Source: a virus
Virus record (IMG/VR): IMGVR_UViG_2582581241_000004
Reading direction: 5' to 3' (one strand)
Length of the DNA stretch: 64,000 nt
The notes beneath the pieces were generated by a model, which ran no database searches, had not been told where the DNA came from, and saw only the letters and a list, made by a program, of their open reading frames with translations. A program made the position numbers and the translations under genes. Positions 1 to 9,055 of the stretch are shown one piece after another (position 1 is the first letter of the stretch; each line of letters begins with the position of its first letter).

Positions 1-156
1 TCGCCTTCGATTTCTTCTCACGACGCCTTCCGATGACGAAATTGTCGGAAATGGCCTTCGCCGTCACAGTGCTGATATCCTGCCCAGGCGCCCTGACGCG
101 CAGCGCCTCGTTGACCACGGCGGTGATCTCGGCCTCGACATCCTTCACATTCGTCG

Positions 157-1173
157 TCATCTCGCTGCGCCCTCCCTTTTTCCCTCGATCTCCGAAACCG
201 CAACATCCAAGGCGTCCAGCAGCCCGCGCTCTACGATCTTACGCAAAGCGTCCTTATCCGAGATCGATCCGTCCTTCGGCGCCCAGTCGGCTTCGATGCC
301 GAGACGTGTGAGAATTGTGCTTTGGTCGATGCTCGGCAGATCGTTGAAGCGGCGGATGACGCAGATGACGAATTCGCGTTCCAGCGCCATGAATTCGGAT
401 GTCGAAACGATCTCGATCTTGAAACCGTCGTGAAACGACATCGGCGCGAAGGGCTTTCCGTCGTCGAAGACCAGTTGCGCCTCGCCGTTATCTTCCAGCG
501 CCAACGCCGACGCTATCGCGACCCACGCGCTGGGAAGGACGTAGATCGTCTTCCCGCGCAGGAATACCTTCCATCGCGTCGTCGACTTGGAGGATTTCGC
601 CTCCAGGACTCCGACCGACATGCGCTCGAAATATCGCGGGATTGGAGATGGCGCGGCGACGGCTCTCGCGCAATCCGCCAGCGTCGGCGTTTTGGCTCTC
701 GGAAAGGCGACGGAATTCGTGGAAGCGCCGGCACCTGTTTTCAGGATTGGCGATAAAATTCCGTCGAAGGACCAGCCAGACTCCATCATTTCACGGGTGA
801 TCTGCGTCATATCCCATGCCGGATCGCGCCTCGCCTTCACCTTGAGATCGCCGAGATCGATCGGCTTCCCGTCTACGAACGCCGCCGTGAAGTCGCCGTC
901 GTTTCCGCCGATATCGACGCCGACGACGAGCTTCCCGGCGTCCTTCAGGCGCTTCAATCTTTTCCGGCGTCGCTTCGCCTCGGCCGCCGCGATGATCGGC
1001 TTGGCCTTCTCCGCCTGCATCCGCCGGCGTTGCTCGGCGTCGATGCGTTCCCGTTCCTCGCCGGCCGCCCGAGTGCGCCTGCGTTCGGATCGCTCCTCGG
1101 GCGTCTCGAGGAACGGACCGGTTCCGCTCCACAGATGCGGCGCCAGTGCGATAGCTGCGAGCATGTTACGCAT
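157..1173 (-). CDS. hypothetical phage protein
   Basis: 338-aa ORF with an upstream AAGGA RBS and promoter motif at 1260-1287; no family recognised. Confidence 0.6.
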   Translation of the reverse strand: MRNMLAAIALAPHLWSGTGPFLETPEERSERRRTRAAGEERERIDAEQRRRMQAEKAKPIIAAAEAKRRRKRLKRLKDAGKLVVGVDIGGNDGDFTAAFVDGKPIDLGDLKVKARRDPAWDMTQITREMMESGWSFDGILSPILKTGAGASTNSVAFPRAKTPTLADCARAVAAPSPIPRYFERMSVGVLEAKSSKSTTRWKVFLRGKTIYVLPSAWVAIASALALEDNGEAQLVFDDGKPFAPMSFHDGFKIEIVSTSEFMALEREFVICVIRRFNDLPSIDQSTILTRLGIEADWAPKDGSISDKDALRKIVERGLLDALDVAVSEIEGKREGAAR

Positions 1174-1259
1174 CTTCGAGTCCTTGTTCGGTATGACGAC
1201 TCTGGTCCCGCCTACAAGCCCGGCGGGCAGGGTTGAATTTCAGGCACCACGAACAAGGA

Positions 1260-1287
1260 GGTGAATCGGGCGCGTGAAAATCACAAG
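1260..1287 (-). promoter_or_regulatory. recurrent 28-bp promoter-like motif, copy 1
   Basis: minus strand CTTGTG-ATTTTCAC-GCGCCCGA-TTCACC, same spacing as eight other copies. Confidence 0.65.
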
Positions 1288-1463
1288 CCGTTTTGAGCAG
1301 GTGACTCGATCCGCCGCATTTCTTTCCACATCGCAACCTCGCGAGCAGCATGAGCCTCGACGTATCTACCCCACGCCTCTATCTTCTCGTCATCGGTTTT
1401 TGCATGGGCGAAATCTAGAAGAGCCTTCTCGACAGGATCTCTTTCATTACTGGATTCCATCAC
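1281..1463 (-). CDS. small hypothetical protein
   Basis: 60-aa ORF whose start overlaps the stop of the CHAP gene. Confidence 0.5.
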   Translation of the reverse strand: MMESSNERDPVEKALLDFAHAKTDDEKIEAWGRYVEAHAAREVAMWKEMRRIESPAQNGL

Positions 1464-1966
1464 TCGATCTCCCTGTAGGCGATGACATTCCGAGCCGGGA
1501 ATCGTTTTATGCTGAAGCGTCCAGACTGATTTCCGCCCGCCAGATAGGGATTCCCGTCTTCATCGAGGGCACGGACGGTGCCGACATGATGCGGAAGCAC
1601 CGCGACGGCGCCGGGATGCGGCGCCGTCGGTCGTCCGACGCGCGCCCAGTCCCGAGCTCGCAATATCCAATAGTGCCGCCCCGTCGCCTCGGAAGCGACG
1701 ATGCTCATCGCCGCACCGCACCATGGCCCCCGAAATCCCGTGAAGTTCCTCGCGCCGACATATCTCTGCGCGACGGCCAGCAGACTCCCGCCGCCGGCAA
1801 TGACCGGCAGGGACGCATGCGCCCGCGATCTCGATTTCCGGACCTGCGGCGCCGGCGGCTGCGGACCGCCGAACAGGCCTCCGAAGAAATCCTCCAGCGG
1901 ATTGGCGGCGGCGAACTGCACCGTCAGCAGCAGCACCAGGACGACAAGAAAAAGGATCGTGATCAC
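1460..1966 (-). CDS. exported CHAP-family (TIGR02594-like) cell-wall amidase
   Basis: N-terminal hydrophobic signal segment, then PWCGAAM (Cys), HHVG (His) and GGNQS motifs. Confidence 0.75.
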   Translation of the reverse strand: MITILFLVVLVLLLTVQFAAANPLEDFFGGLFGGPQPPAPQVRKSRSRAHASLPVIAGGGSLLAVAQRYVGARNFTGFRGPWCGAAMSIVASEATGRHYWILRARDWARVGRPTAPHPGAVAVLPHHVGTVRALDEDGNPYLAGGNQSGRFSIKRFPARNVIAYREIE

Positions 1967-1994
1967 GGCGCGGGCCGTCCATGGATTCGATTCA

Positions 1995-2465
1995 TCAACA
2001 TGCGATCCTCTCCTTTTCCCTCAGGCTCCACATCGTCTCCACCGCGTCCACGACGACGCCCTCGGATGCATATCGAACGCGATGCACGGGCACACCGGTC
2101 TCGAAGGAAATGACGCCGAGCGATTTCCCCTGCGAGCGCAGTTCCCGCAGCCGCTCGATCTCCTCCCGTCCCGGCGCCCTGAACCTCGGCTGGACGCCGG
2201 CGCGGCGCAGACACATCGACACCGCGGCGGTGGACACCCCGGCGCGCCGCGCCATCTCGGCCTGCGGGATACCCTCATCCCGCCACCTCAAGGCGTCCTC
2301 GCGCCTCAGGCGTCGATTGGGATGCCCGGCAAGCTCCGGCGCCGCGCAGCGGACGACCTGTGCGACGGCGTATTCCGGAATCCCGGTCGCCTCGGAGATC
2401 GCCGCATAGCCCAGTTTCCGCTGCCGCAGATCGAGGATCGCGGCGACTTCCTCCTTCGGCGTCAT
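1995..2465 (-). CDS. tandem helix-turn-helix protein (three HTH repeats)
   Basis: repeats LGYAAISEATGIPEYAV, IPQAEMARRAGVSTAAV, KSLGVISFETGVPVHRV. Confidence 0.7.
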   Translation of the reverse strand: MTPKEEVAAILDLRQRKLGYAAISEATGIPEYAVAQVVRCAAPELAGHPNRRLRREDALRWRDEGIPQAEMARRAGVSTAAVSMCLRRAGVQPRFRAPGREEIERLRELRSQGKSLGVISFETGVPVHRVRYASEGVVVDAVETMWSLREKERIAC

Positions 2466-2674
2466 CGCGTGTCGCCTCCGGAGTCCTCCAGCGCCTTCTC
2501 GAGGACATGGATCCTTTGACGCAGCGTCTCGTTCTCCTCGATCAGCGGCGCGACCTTGGTGGCGTGAACCTCCTCGAGCACCTGCTCGATCAGGCGCCCG
2601 AGAGCCTGCGTCACGATGGATCCCTTGGCGAATTCGAGAGCCTGAAGACGCAGTTCATTGGATCGCTTGCTCAT
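2462..2674 (-). CDS. small coiled-coil hypothetical protein
   Basis: start reassigned to MSKRSNE, coupled to both neighbours; heptad LIEENETLRQRIHVLE. Confidence 0.55.
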   Translation of the reverse strand: MSKRSNELRLQALEFAKGSIVTQALGRLIEQVLEEVHATKVAPLIEENETLRQRIHVLEKALEDSGGDTR

Positions 2675-3519
2675 TGGGAGTCCACTCCCTTGCCGAGAAC
2701 GCGAAGCCGCTCGATTTCGTGAAACAGCGCATCGGCCTGCGAGTAGCTCCCCGTTGCGACGCCGGCCTCGAAGGCCATGCGGACGACCCCCGCATTCTTG
2801 CCGTCGGGATCGTCCAGCAGGCCGAGGATCTCCGTCAGAGGATCGCCGCGATATCTGACCAGATCGCGATGCCAATGTTCGCGCTTTTCTTTCAGCCACC
2901 AGACGATGCGGGAAAGCCGGTCATCCTCCGATGTGCGGGACAGGGGATCGAATTTCGACGATGGAGCCGCGAACGGCGAGCCCTTGGTAGCCGCCTTCTT
3001 GTTCCAGTATTCGGGGGCGTATTGCACCCATTTGCCGTCGGGGGCGATGAGAAAGATCGGGATGAAACCGAGCGCCTCGCTGTCCCAGATCGCATGACAG
3101 CCGTTGCGATACGGGTCCAGCCATTCGAGAGGCGTCGTCTCGAACGCGCGCTCGCTGTCGCTCCTCGACGCCCCAAGATCGATGACACAGAACCCGCTCT
3201 CGTCTTCTTTTCCATCCGAGCGCCGAATGTCGTCCTTCCCGATCGGCAGCACGAGTTCGTAGTAGCAAATGCGATTATAGGGCTCCGACCCGGTATGCTC
3301 CCACCGCAATTGCAGGCGCGGCGCCGGAAGACCCTCGGGAAGGCATTCCTGCGGCGGATCGTAATCCACGCGAAGCGCGCCGTTCAGTTCGCCGTGTTCC
3401 TGGGCGAGCTCCGTTTCTATTCCGTCGACTATGCCGTCGACAATCCGCTTTTCGAGACCCTTGGTCGCCTCCCTCGCCAGGGCGCGGGCCTTGGATTTCC
3501 AGCTAATGGTCTTCGACAT
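2671..3519 (-). CDS. hypothetical phage protein
   Basis: 282-aa ORF with GGAGG RBS, downstream of promoter motif copy 2. Confidence 0.65.
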   Translation of the reverse strand: MSKTISWKSKARALAREATKGLEKRIVDGIVDGIETELAQEHGELNGALRVDYDPPQECLPEGLPAPRLQLRWEHTGSEPYNRICYYELVLPIGKDDIRRSDGKEDESGFCVIDLGASRSDSERAFETTPLEWLDPYRNGCHAIWDSEALGFIPIFLIAPDGKWVQYAPEYWNKKAATKGSPFAAPSSKFDPLSRTSEDDRLSRIVWWLKEKREHWHRDLVRYRGDPLTEILGLLDDPDGKNAGVVRMAFEAGVATGSYSQADALFHEIERLRVLGKGVDSQ

Positions 3520-3701
3520 CCCGACGTCCCTCCACCACCGTTCTTCGATTGAGATATCGGGTGAAGGGCAATCGATTCGTCGTCAAGCTGCCTTACAACG
3601 GACAGGACTCCCTCACTCATGGCGCCGGAATCGTAACGACCGACTATCCATCGTGCGCCGTCCTCGGGATCGATCTCAGGCTGGTCGTCAATTGTCGTCA
3701 T
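3429..3701 (-). CDS. possible small hypothetical protein
   Basis: MTTIDD start next to the upstream stop, but the 3' part overlaps a promoter motif and the next gene. Confidence 0.3.
   Translation of the reverse strand: MTTIDDQPEIDPEDGARWIVGRYDSGAMSEGVLSVVRQLDDESIALHPISQSKNGGGGTSGCRRPLAGNPRPAPWRGRRPRVSKSGLSTA
3560..3587 (-). promoter_or_regulatory. recurrent 28-bp promoter-like motif, copy 2
   Basis: CTTGAC-GACGAATC-GATTGCCC-TTCACC, contains GANTC. Confidence 0.7.
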
Positions 3702-3703
3702 GA

Positions 3704-4435
3704 TCACCGTGCCCACTGCCGCGTCGCCAGGATCTCCTCGGCTCGCTCGTATGCGTCATCCTGATCATCGTAGCGTTCGTTCGCGAAGGCGACGATGGCC
3801 GAGGCATTCCATGTCTCTTCAACGCGCCACGACCCGTTCAGGAATTCGAGGGCGTCGGCTTGAAACGTCTCTCCCGAAGGCGCTCCGGTGCATTCGTCGC
3901 CGTCCGCATAGCCGACGATGACCGGATACCAGCCGTCTCCACGCGTCGGCTTGACGTCGCCATAGTCGTCCTCGCTGATCGCCTTCCAGGGATAGACGGC
4001 GGGACCGTCCTTCCTCAGGATGCCGGCGTTCATCTGCTCGACACGCAGGAGCGCATGCAAGATACAGTGCACGATCGCCATGCTTTCGCGCTCGCGGATC
4101 AGATGTCCGTTGTTTTGGAGATCGACCGCGAACACGCCGTCGAACAGCGCCGGCGGGAATTCCTCGATCATCCGCTCGTCGGCGCCGGCGCGATGATAGT
4201 CGGGTCCAATGTCCGCGTCGCCCGAAATCCCGCACCATCCCGAGCGATACCACCAGCCGGGGAATATCGCCTCGACCAGATCGCGGGAGCCTTGCAGCGA
4301 AAACACGCGATCTTGAACGGATGCCGATCGTTCTCCGATCACCCGGCGGATCTCGAACGCGAGTGCCCCCGTCGGCGCGTCCTCGCAATTCTCGATGGCC
4401 CTGATCGCTTTCTTCAGATTCTCGATGCGCGACAT
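3704..4435 (-). CDS. hypothetical phage protein
   Basis: start reassigned to MSRIENL with AAGGAG RBS. Confidence 0.65.
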   Translation of the reverse strand: MSRIENLKKAIRAIENCEDAPTGALAFEIRRVIGERSASVQDRVFSLQGSRDLVEAIFPGWWYRSGWCGISGDADIGPDYHRAGADERMIEEFPPALFDGVFAVDLQNNGHLIRERESMAIVHCILHALLRVEQMNAGILRKDGPAVYPWKAISEDDYGDVKPTRGDGWYPVIVGYADGDECTGAPSGETFQADALEFLNGSWRVEETWNASAIVAFANERYDDQDDAYERAEEILATRQWAR

Positions 4436-4445
4436 GTTGATCTCC

Positions 4446-5456
4446 TTATTCCGCAGCGACAGGCAGCGACAGCGATTGGTTGACTCTACGATCCAACACG
4501 TCGATCCACGGCTGCCACTCCGGAAGCGGCGGGAGATTGTTGACGGCCTTGACCTGTCTGAGATTGGTGGAGTGATCCCGCTCATATAGGAAGATCATCG
4601 ACCTGCCGACCTCCGCCGTCAGGAACACCTGCATTCCCTTGTCACCGCGATCCTTCCGTAGCGACCAGATGCCGAACGGCGGCGGCTGAAGACGGGCGCC
4701 GACGTAGCGATCATAGGAGCCGCGCCCGACGCAATGGCCCTGGCTCTCGGTCTCGCGCCGGAGTTCGTCCGCCGTTTCCAGGCGAATCCAATACATGCCG
4801 TCTTCGAGCACGATCCTCTCGCCGGCGCCGGTCTCCTTGCGCGACACCGTGATCGGAGTGGCATCCGTGCGTTGGATTTTCCGACCCTCGATAGCGACGT
4901 GCCACTCATGCGAAGCACGAAGAGCATCGGCCATCGACATTCTGGGAACCTTGAGCGCCTCGCGTGTCGGAAGCGAGCAGAACCAGTCGTAGATGTAGTT
5001 CATGTCGCGAATGGCTTTGTTGACGAACAGCATCAGAAGCCATGGCTGGCCGTTGAATGAAATTCGCAAACCTGAATAAGGCGTTGGATCGTCCACACTG
5101 TTCGGATGGAACGTCGGGCTTCCGGCTTTGAGACACGTGTCGTCGTCGATGCCGGGAATTAGCGTCACTGGACGCTCCACATATCCACGTCGGGAGAGCC
5201 TCATCAAATCGTCGCCTGCAATGACGAAGTTGTCGATGCCGCCTCCGTTCTGCGGGCGCGCCACCAACATCTGCAATCGGACGACCTCCTTCACGAAGCG
5301 CCGCTTCACGAAGAGACGCCAGGCCTCTATTCTCTTCATGCCGATTGAAAGGCCTTCGGCGCAGGTGATGACAATGCCGGAGTGGCCGGCCATGCCGTCG
5401 ACGTCCGTGACATTCACCTGCATCCTGTCCACGTAATCGTAATTCGCGAATTTCAT
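4446..5456 (-). CDS. PcfJ-like domain protein
   Basis: C-terminal LETADELRRETESQGHCVG...Y...IWSLR motif typical of the PcfJ family. Confidence 0.7.
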   Translation of the reverse strand: MKFANYDYVDRMQVNVTDVDGMAGHSGIVITCAEGLSIGMKRIEAWRLFVKRRFVKEVVRLQMLVARPQNGGGIDNFVIAGDDLMRLSRRGYVERPVTLIPGIDDDTCLKAGSPTFHPNSVDDPTPYSGLRISFNGQPWLLMLFVNKAIRDMNYIYDWFCSLPTREALKVPRMSMADALRASHEWHVAIEGRKIQRTDATPITVSRKETGAGERIVLEDGMYWIRLETADELRRETESQGHCVGRGSYDRYVGARLQPPPFGIWSLRKDRGDKGMQVFLTAEVGRSMIFLYERDHSTNLRQVKAVNNLPPLPEWQPWIDVLDRRVNQSLSLPVAAE

Positions 5457-6733
5457 GACGCCCTCCTCCCGTCATCCAGCGGCTCCAAGGCGTCCACGAC
5501 GCGCCGGGCCAGATCCATATTCCAGTGATTGCTGATCGCGATCCTGATGTCGCGGCTCTCGAGGACGGCTCCGGAAAGAGCCTCCGAGACCTTGTCGAAC
5601 AGGGCGGCGCGACGCGCATGACGTCCCGTCGGATCCGTATTCCGCTCCCAGTGATCGGCCACCATCGCGAGCGCCTTCCGGAGACAATTCAGTCCCGGCG
5701 CGGGATCTTCGAACGCATTCAGCGTCCCGAAATTCCCCGGCGAAATCTCGCCGGTGACATGCGCGAGGCAGGATCCGTCGGGCTTGCGCTCGATGAGGAT
5801 GCCGTATTTCAAGGGATCGAGGCTATTTCCGTCCATGAGAACCTGGAACATCCAGTCCTTCAGAATCGCCCGAGGCGTTAGGACGGCTTCCCATCTGTGG
5901 CCGTGGGCTTCTATCGGCGCCGCCGACGGAACGATTTCATGCGGATTCCTGAATGCCCAGTGATCGGCGAACTGGCGCAGCCCGACTTCGACGATCTCGA
6001 TCCACGGCGTTCCGAGCGGGAAGTTTTGCCCCGACGACGGGATCTCCCCGAAGTTCTCGCGCCCGATCTCGCCGCGAACGCGGATATAGAGATCATCACC
6101 ATCGTTTTCGCCAACGTTCAATTCCGCGTCGATCAGCTTGCCGTCGAGAAAGATCGGGAGATCGACTACCCACCCGTATTCGTTCGCGAAGCGATGCCTG
6201 ATCTTCTTCACGCTCCACTGGCGACCGTGGAATTCAAACGGCTGCGAAACCGCCTTGATCTCGAAGCGGTCTCCGAATCTTCCGCTCTTCCTCACCCTCA
6301 TGGTGATTTGGCTGATGTATTGCTGGGAACATCCGAGCCGTATCGCGATTTCCGAATTCGGCACTCCGGATCTGTACAGGCGCCCGACCTCGAGAGTGTC
6401 GATCCTCGAAGGCAAGGGTGCCTTCTGCGTCACCTTCTGCGTCACCTTCACCCGCATCCCGGTGCATGCATTGAGAACGACGCTCTCGGGCACCCCGGTC
6501 TCCTTCGCGATGACGCCGATGCTCTTCCCTTGCTCGCGAAGCGCTCGAATGCCGGCATAGTCGTATTTCGACTGCGAGCCGTTGACTGGAAGCACGCCAG
6601 CCCTTCGAAGGCATATGTAGACGGTGGCCTCCCTGACTCCGAACCGAGCCGCGATGCCCCCGACGGAGACACCCTCGTTGCGAAGGCGCATGGCCTCGGC
6701 GGGATCGAGCTTCCTTTTGTTCGCCACGTTCAC
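5453..6733 (-). CDS. tandem-HTH protein with uncharacterised C-terminal domains
   Basis: GTG start with GGAGGG RBS; three HTH repeats, two of them paralogous to those of 1995-2465. Confidence 0.65.
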   Translation of the reverse strand: MNVANKRKLDPAEAMRLRNEGVSVGGIAARFGVREATVYICLRRAGVLPVNGSQSKYDYAGIRALREQGKSIGVIAKETGVPESVVLNACTGMRVKVTQKVTQKAPLPSRIDTLEVGRLYRSGVPNSEIAIRLGCSQQYISQITMRVRKSGRFGDRFEIKAVSQPFEFHGRQWSVKKIRHRFANEYGWVVDLPIFLDGKLIDAELNVGENDGDDLYIRVRGEIGRENFGEIPSSGQNFPLGTPWIEIVEVGLRQFADHWAFRNPHEIVPSAAPIEAHGHRWEAVLTPRAILKDWMFQVLMDGNSLDPLKYGILIERKPDGSCLAHVTGEISPGNFGTLNAFEDPAPGLNCLRKALAMVADHWERNTDPTGRHARRAALFDKVSEALSGAVLESRDIRIAISNHWNMDLARRVVDALEPLDDGRRAS

Positions 6734-6939
6734 CCCTCCACCTGTTCCGCCATCATTTCCGCACGCGCCCGCGCCAGATAAGGCTCCTGCAATTCGTCCG
6801 AGAGAAAGCCGAATCCCCAGGGCAGCAGCGCGCCCTTTGCCCGGCATTCGACTTCGAAGATCCGTGCGGCGCGTCCGTAGACTTCGAAGTCGATGACGGT
6901 CGGCGCGTCGGACTGCTTGGGTTGTTTGCGCTTGGCCAT
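6730..6939 (-). CDS. small hypothetical protein
   Basis: MAKRKQPK start, coupled to the next gene. Confidence 0.5.
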   Translation of the reverse strand: MAKRKQPKQSDAPTVIDFEVYGRAARIFEVECRAKGALLPWGFGFLSDELQEPYLARARAEMMAEQVEG

Positions 6940-6943
6940 CGCG

Positions 6944-7291
6944 TCAGCCCTCCGCCTTCGCCCGATCCAGCCGCTCGATCTCCGCGATGAGCATAGCGAC
7001 GCCATCGACGAGTTTTTCGCGGGCGGTAGGAGACGCCGAGTAGTGCGACTCCCCCATCGCGCGCTGGATGCGAGCAATGGCCGCGCGTGCGATCTCGCCG
7101 TCCACATGCTCGTCGTCGTGTTCGGCGTCGTAGCCCTTGGTGATCTGACGGCGGCGTTCGTCGAGGACGTCGCGTTCCGCGTTCGACAGCACCTGCATCG
7201 ACGCCGGCCCGAGGTCGAGAACGACTTCCTCGTTGACACGCTTCGGGGAGGTCTTTTTTTCCAGAATGAAATACCGATGCGTCTTGCTCAT
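6944..7291 (-). CDS. conserved phage protein of unknown function
   Basis: motif DVLDERRRQI..GYDAEHDDEH..GEIARAA...LIAEIERLDR, recognised from many proteobacterial phages. Confidence 0.7.
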   Translation of the reverse strand: MSKTHRYFILEKKTSPKRVNEEVVLDLGPASMQVLSNAERDVLDERRRQITKGYDAEHDDEHVDGEIARAAIARIQRAMGESHYSASPTAREKLVDGVAMLIAEIERLDRAKAEG

Positions 7292-7298
7292 GATCGAT

Positions 7299-7376
7299 GT
7301 CCTCGGACGGAATCCCGGTCCGTTCCCGGCGACCCCATGCCGCCGGGCTGTATTTCGTCAGCGTGGATCAGAGGAC
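7299..7376 (-). other. intergenic multi-hairpin element
   Basis: closing stem GTCCTC/GAGGAC encloses three hairpins. Confidence 0.4.
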
Positions 7377-8867
7377 GGCTATGCCGTGCACGCTCAGGGA
7401 TCTCAGCGCGCCGATACGGTCCGCGAAGCCCTTCGTCACCGCGAGGTCATACGGCTCTTCGAGTCCGTCGAAGCCCGCCTTCAGGCGAATGACGGTCTTC
7501 CCGAGCGGATCGTAGACGACGGCCTCGACGCGATCCTGGATATCGACGATTCGACGGACCGCCAGCTCCTGCGACGACGAAATGTGTTCGACGCGGGCCG
7601 CCGCCTCGGCATTTCGATTCCGCAACAGCGCGACGTCGGCGACATGCCCCGTGATCTCCTCGCGCAGCTTGGAGATCACGTGATCCTTTTCTGCGACCAG
7701 GGATTCGAGACGCCAGATTTCCTCTTGCCGAGCGAGCGTTGACGCCTGCTCCGTCTTCAGATGCGCCCGCAGCGACTCCGTTTCGTCGCGGACCTGCGCC
7801 TTCGATGCCCGCTCCTCTTTCAGATTGCGCTCCAGCACGTCGATCGTCGCGTTGGCGCCGAGAATGGTGTCGGCCTTGTCCTTGATCTGCACTTCTTGGT
7901 TCCGGACGAGTTCCACTTGATTCTGGATGTATCCCAGAACAGACTCTAGACGCGTAAACGGAGTAAACGTACGGAGCGCCTCGGAAGCGTCCCAAAGGAA
8001 ATTTTCGATAGCGACGGATGCCGACGAAACCTTTTGCGTCGTGAGTTCTCTGATCTGCGCTTCCAGATCGCGAACTTTCATCGTCAGTTTGAAGTTCAGG
8101 CCGTTCTGCTCGCGGATGCACGCCACTTGCGTCGCGAACCATTTCGTCGCCGCCTCGAGGTCCGGAATGTCGCGTCCGCCGAGTTTCTTTACGTCGGCGA
8201 GGAAGGTGGAGACGGCATTCTTGAGTTCCGCCGCCTCGTTGCGCTTCCGAATGTCTTCGGCGCCCGAAAGGAAGTTCGCGAAGGAATTCCCCCATCCCGC
8301 GAGTTTCTTCTCCAAGTCGGCGATCTTATCCGCAGCCTCGCGCCGTTCGCGGTCCGACCGTTCCTTCTCGCGATCCAGGCCGAAATCCAGGGCGACGCGG
8401 ACACCGGAGTTCGTCAGAAACGAATAACCGCCCCGTCTTTCCACCCATCCCCTTTCGACCGCTATCAGACGATCGGTCTGGGATGCGATGCCGTCATCGG
8501 AAGTCGGGCCATCGAGGAATAGTTGCCGCAGCGTGGCGTAGCCGCGATGCTTTCCGGAGTCGTCCCCTCCGTCCCCGCCGCTTCCAGCAGGCACCGCCCT
8601 CCCAGGCGCGAAGGCTTCGGAGACCTTCTCGGCGCCGTTGTTCTCGTTGTCGTCGGGATAAAGCCGGGTGACGGGGACGGCCTCGTTGTCGTTCGTGATC
8701 TTCAGCCATTCACCGGGATTCGTCACATCCACAGATCGAACCGCCGTGACGCGATCGACGAAGTTCGTCGTGACGACATACCCCGCGCCGCCGCTTTTAT
8801 GCCGCACGATATCGCCGACTTCGAGTTCCTTGAGACTCGTCAGCGCTACTTCATTCTTCCTCGCCAT
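7368..8867 (-). CDS. coiled-coil phage protein
   Basis: start MARKNEV with GGAAGG RBS; KOW/SH3-like N-terminus (LEVGDIVRHK) and long heptad region. Confidence 0.65.
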   Translation of the reverse strand: MARKNEVALTSLKELEVGDIVRHKSGGAGYVVTTNFVDRVTAVRSVDVTNPGEWLKITNDNEAVPVTRLYPDDNENNGAEKVSEAFAPGRAVPAGSGGDGGDDSGKHRGYATLRQLFLDGPTSDDGIASQTDRLIAVERGWVERRGGYSFLTNSGVRVALDFGLDREKERSDRERREAADKIADLEKKLAGWGNSFANFLSGAEDIRKRNEAAELKNAVSTFLADVKKLGGRDIPDLEAATKWFATQVACIREQNGLNFKLTMKVRDLEAQIRELTTQKVSSASVAIENFLWDASEALRTFTPFTRLESVLGYIQNQVELVRNQEVQIKDKADTILGANATIDVLERNLKEERASKAQVRDETESLRAHLKTEQASTLARQEEIWRLESLVAEKDHVISKLREEITGHVADVALLRNRNAEAAARVEHISSSQELAVRRIVDIQDRVEAVVYDPLGKTVIRLKAGFDGLEEPYDLAVTKGFADRIGALRSLSVHGIAVL

Positions 8868-8962
8868 CGTCTTCCCTTCCAAGAACACAAAAGGAGTTGG
8901 ACGCCCGTAAATCATGCATAACGGAACACGGGCCGCCGCGACGGACGGCCGATGAATCAAGC

Positions 8963-8990
8963 GGTGAATACGAAGTGATTCGTCGTCAAG
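8963..8990 (-). promoter_or_regulatory. recurrent 28-bp promoter-like motif, copy 3
   Basis: CTTGAC-GACGAATC-ACTTCGTA-TTCACC. Confidence 0.7.
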
Positions 8991-9055
8991 AGTCGGACTT
9001 CGTGTCGATTGCCCGGCAGCCACCGTCGCCGGGCAATCGTGAATTCGACACGGTT

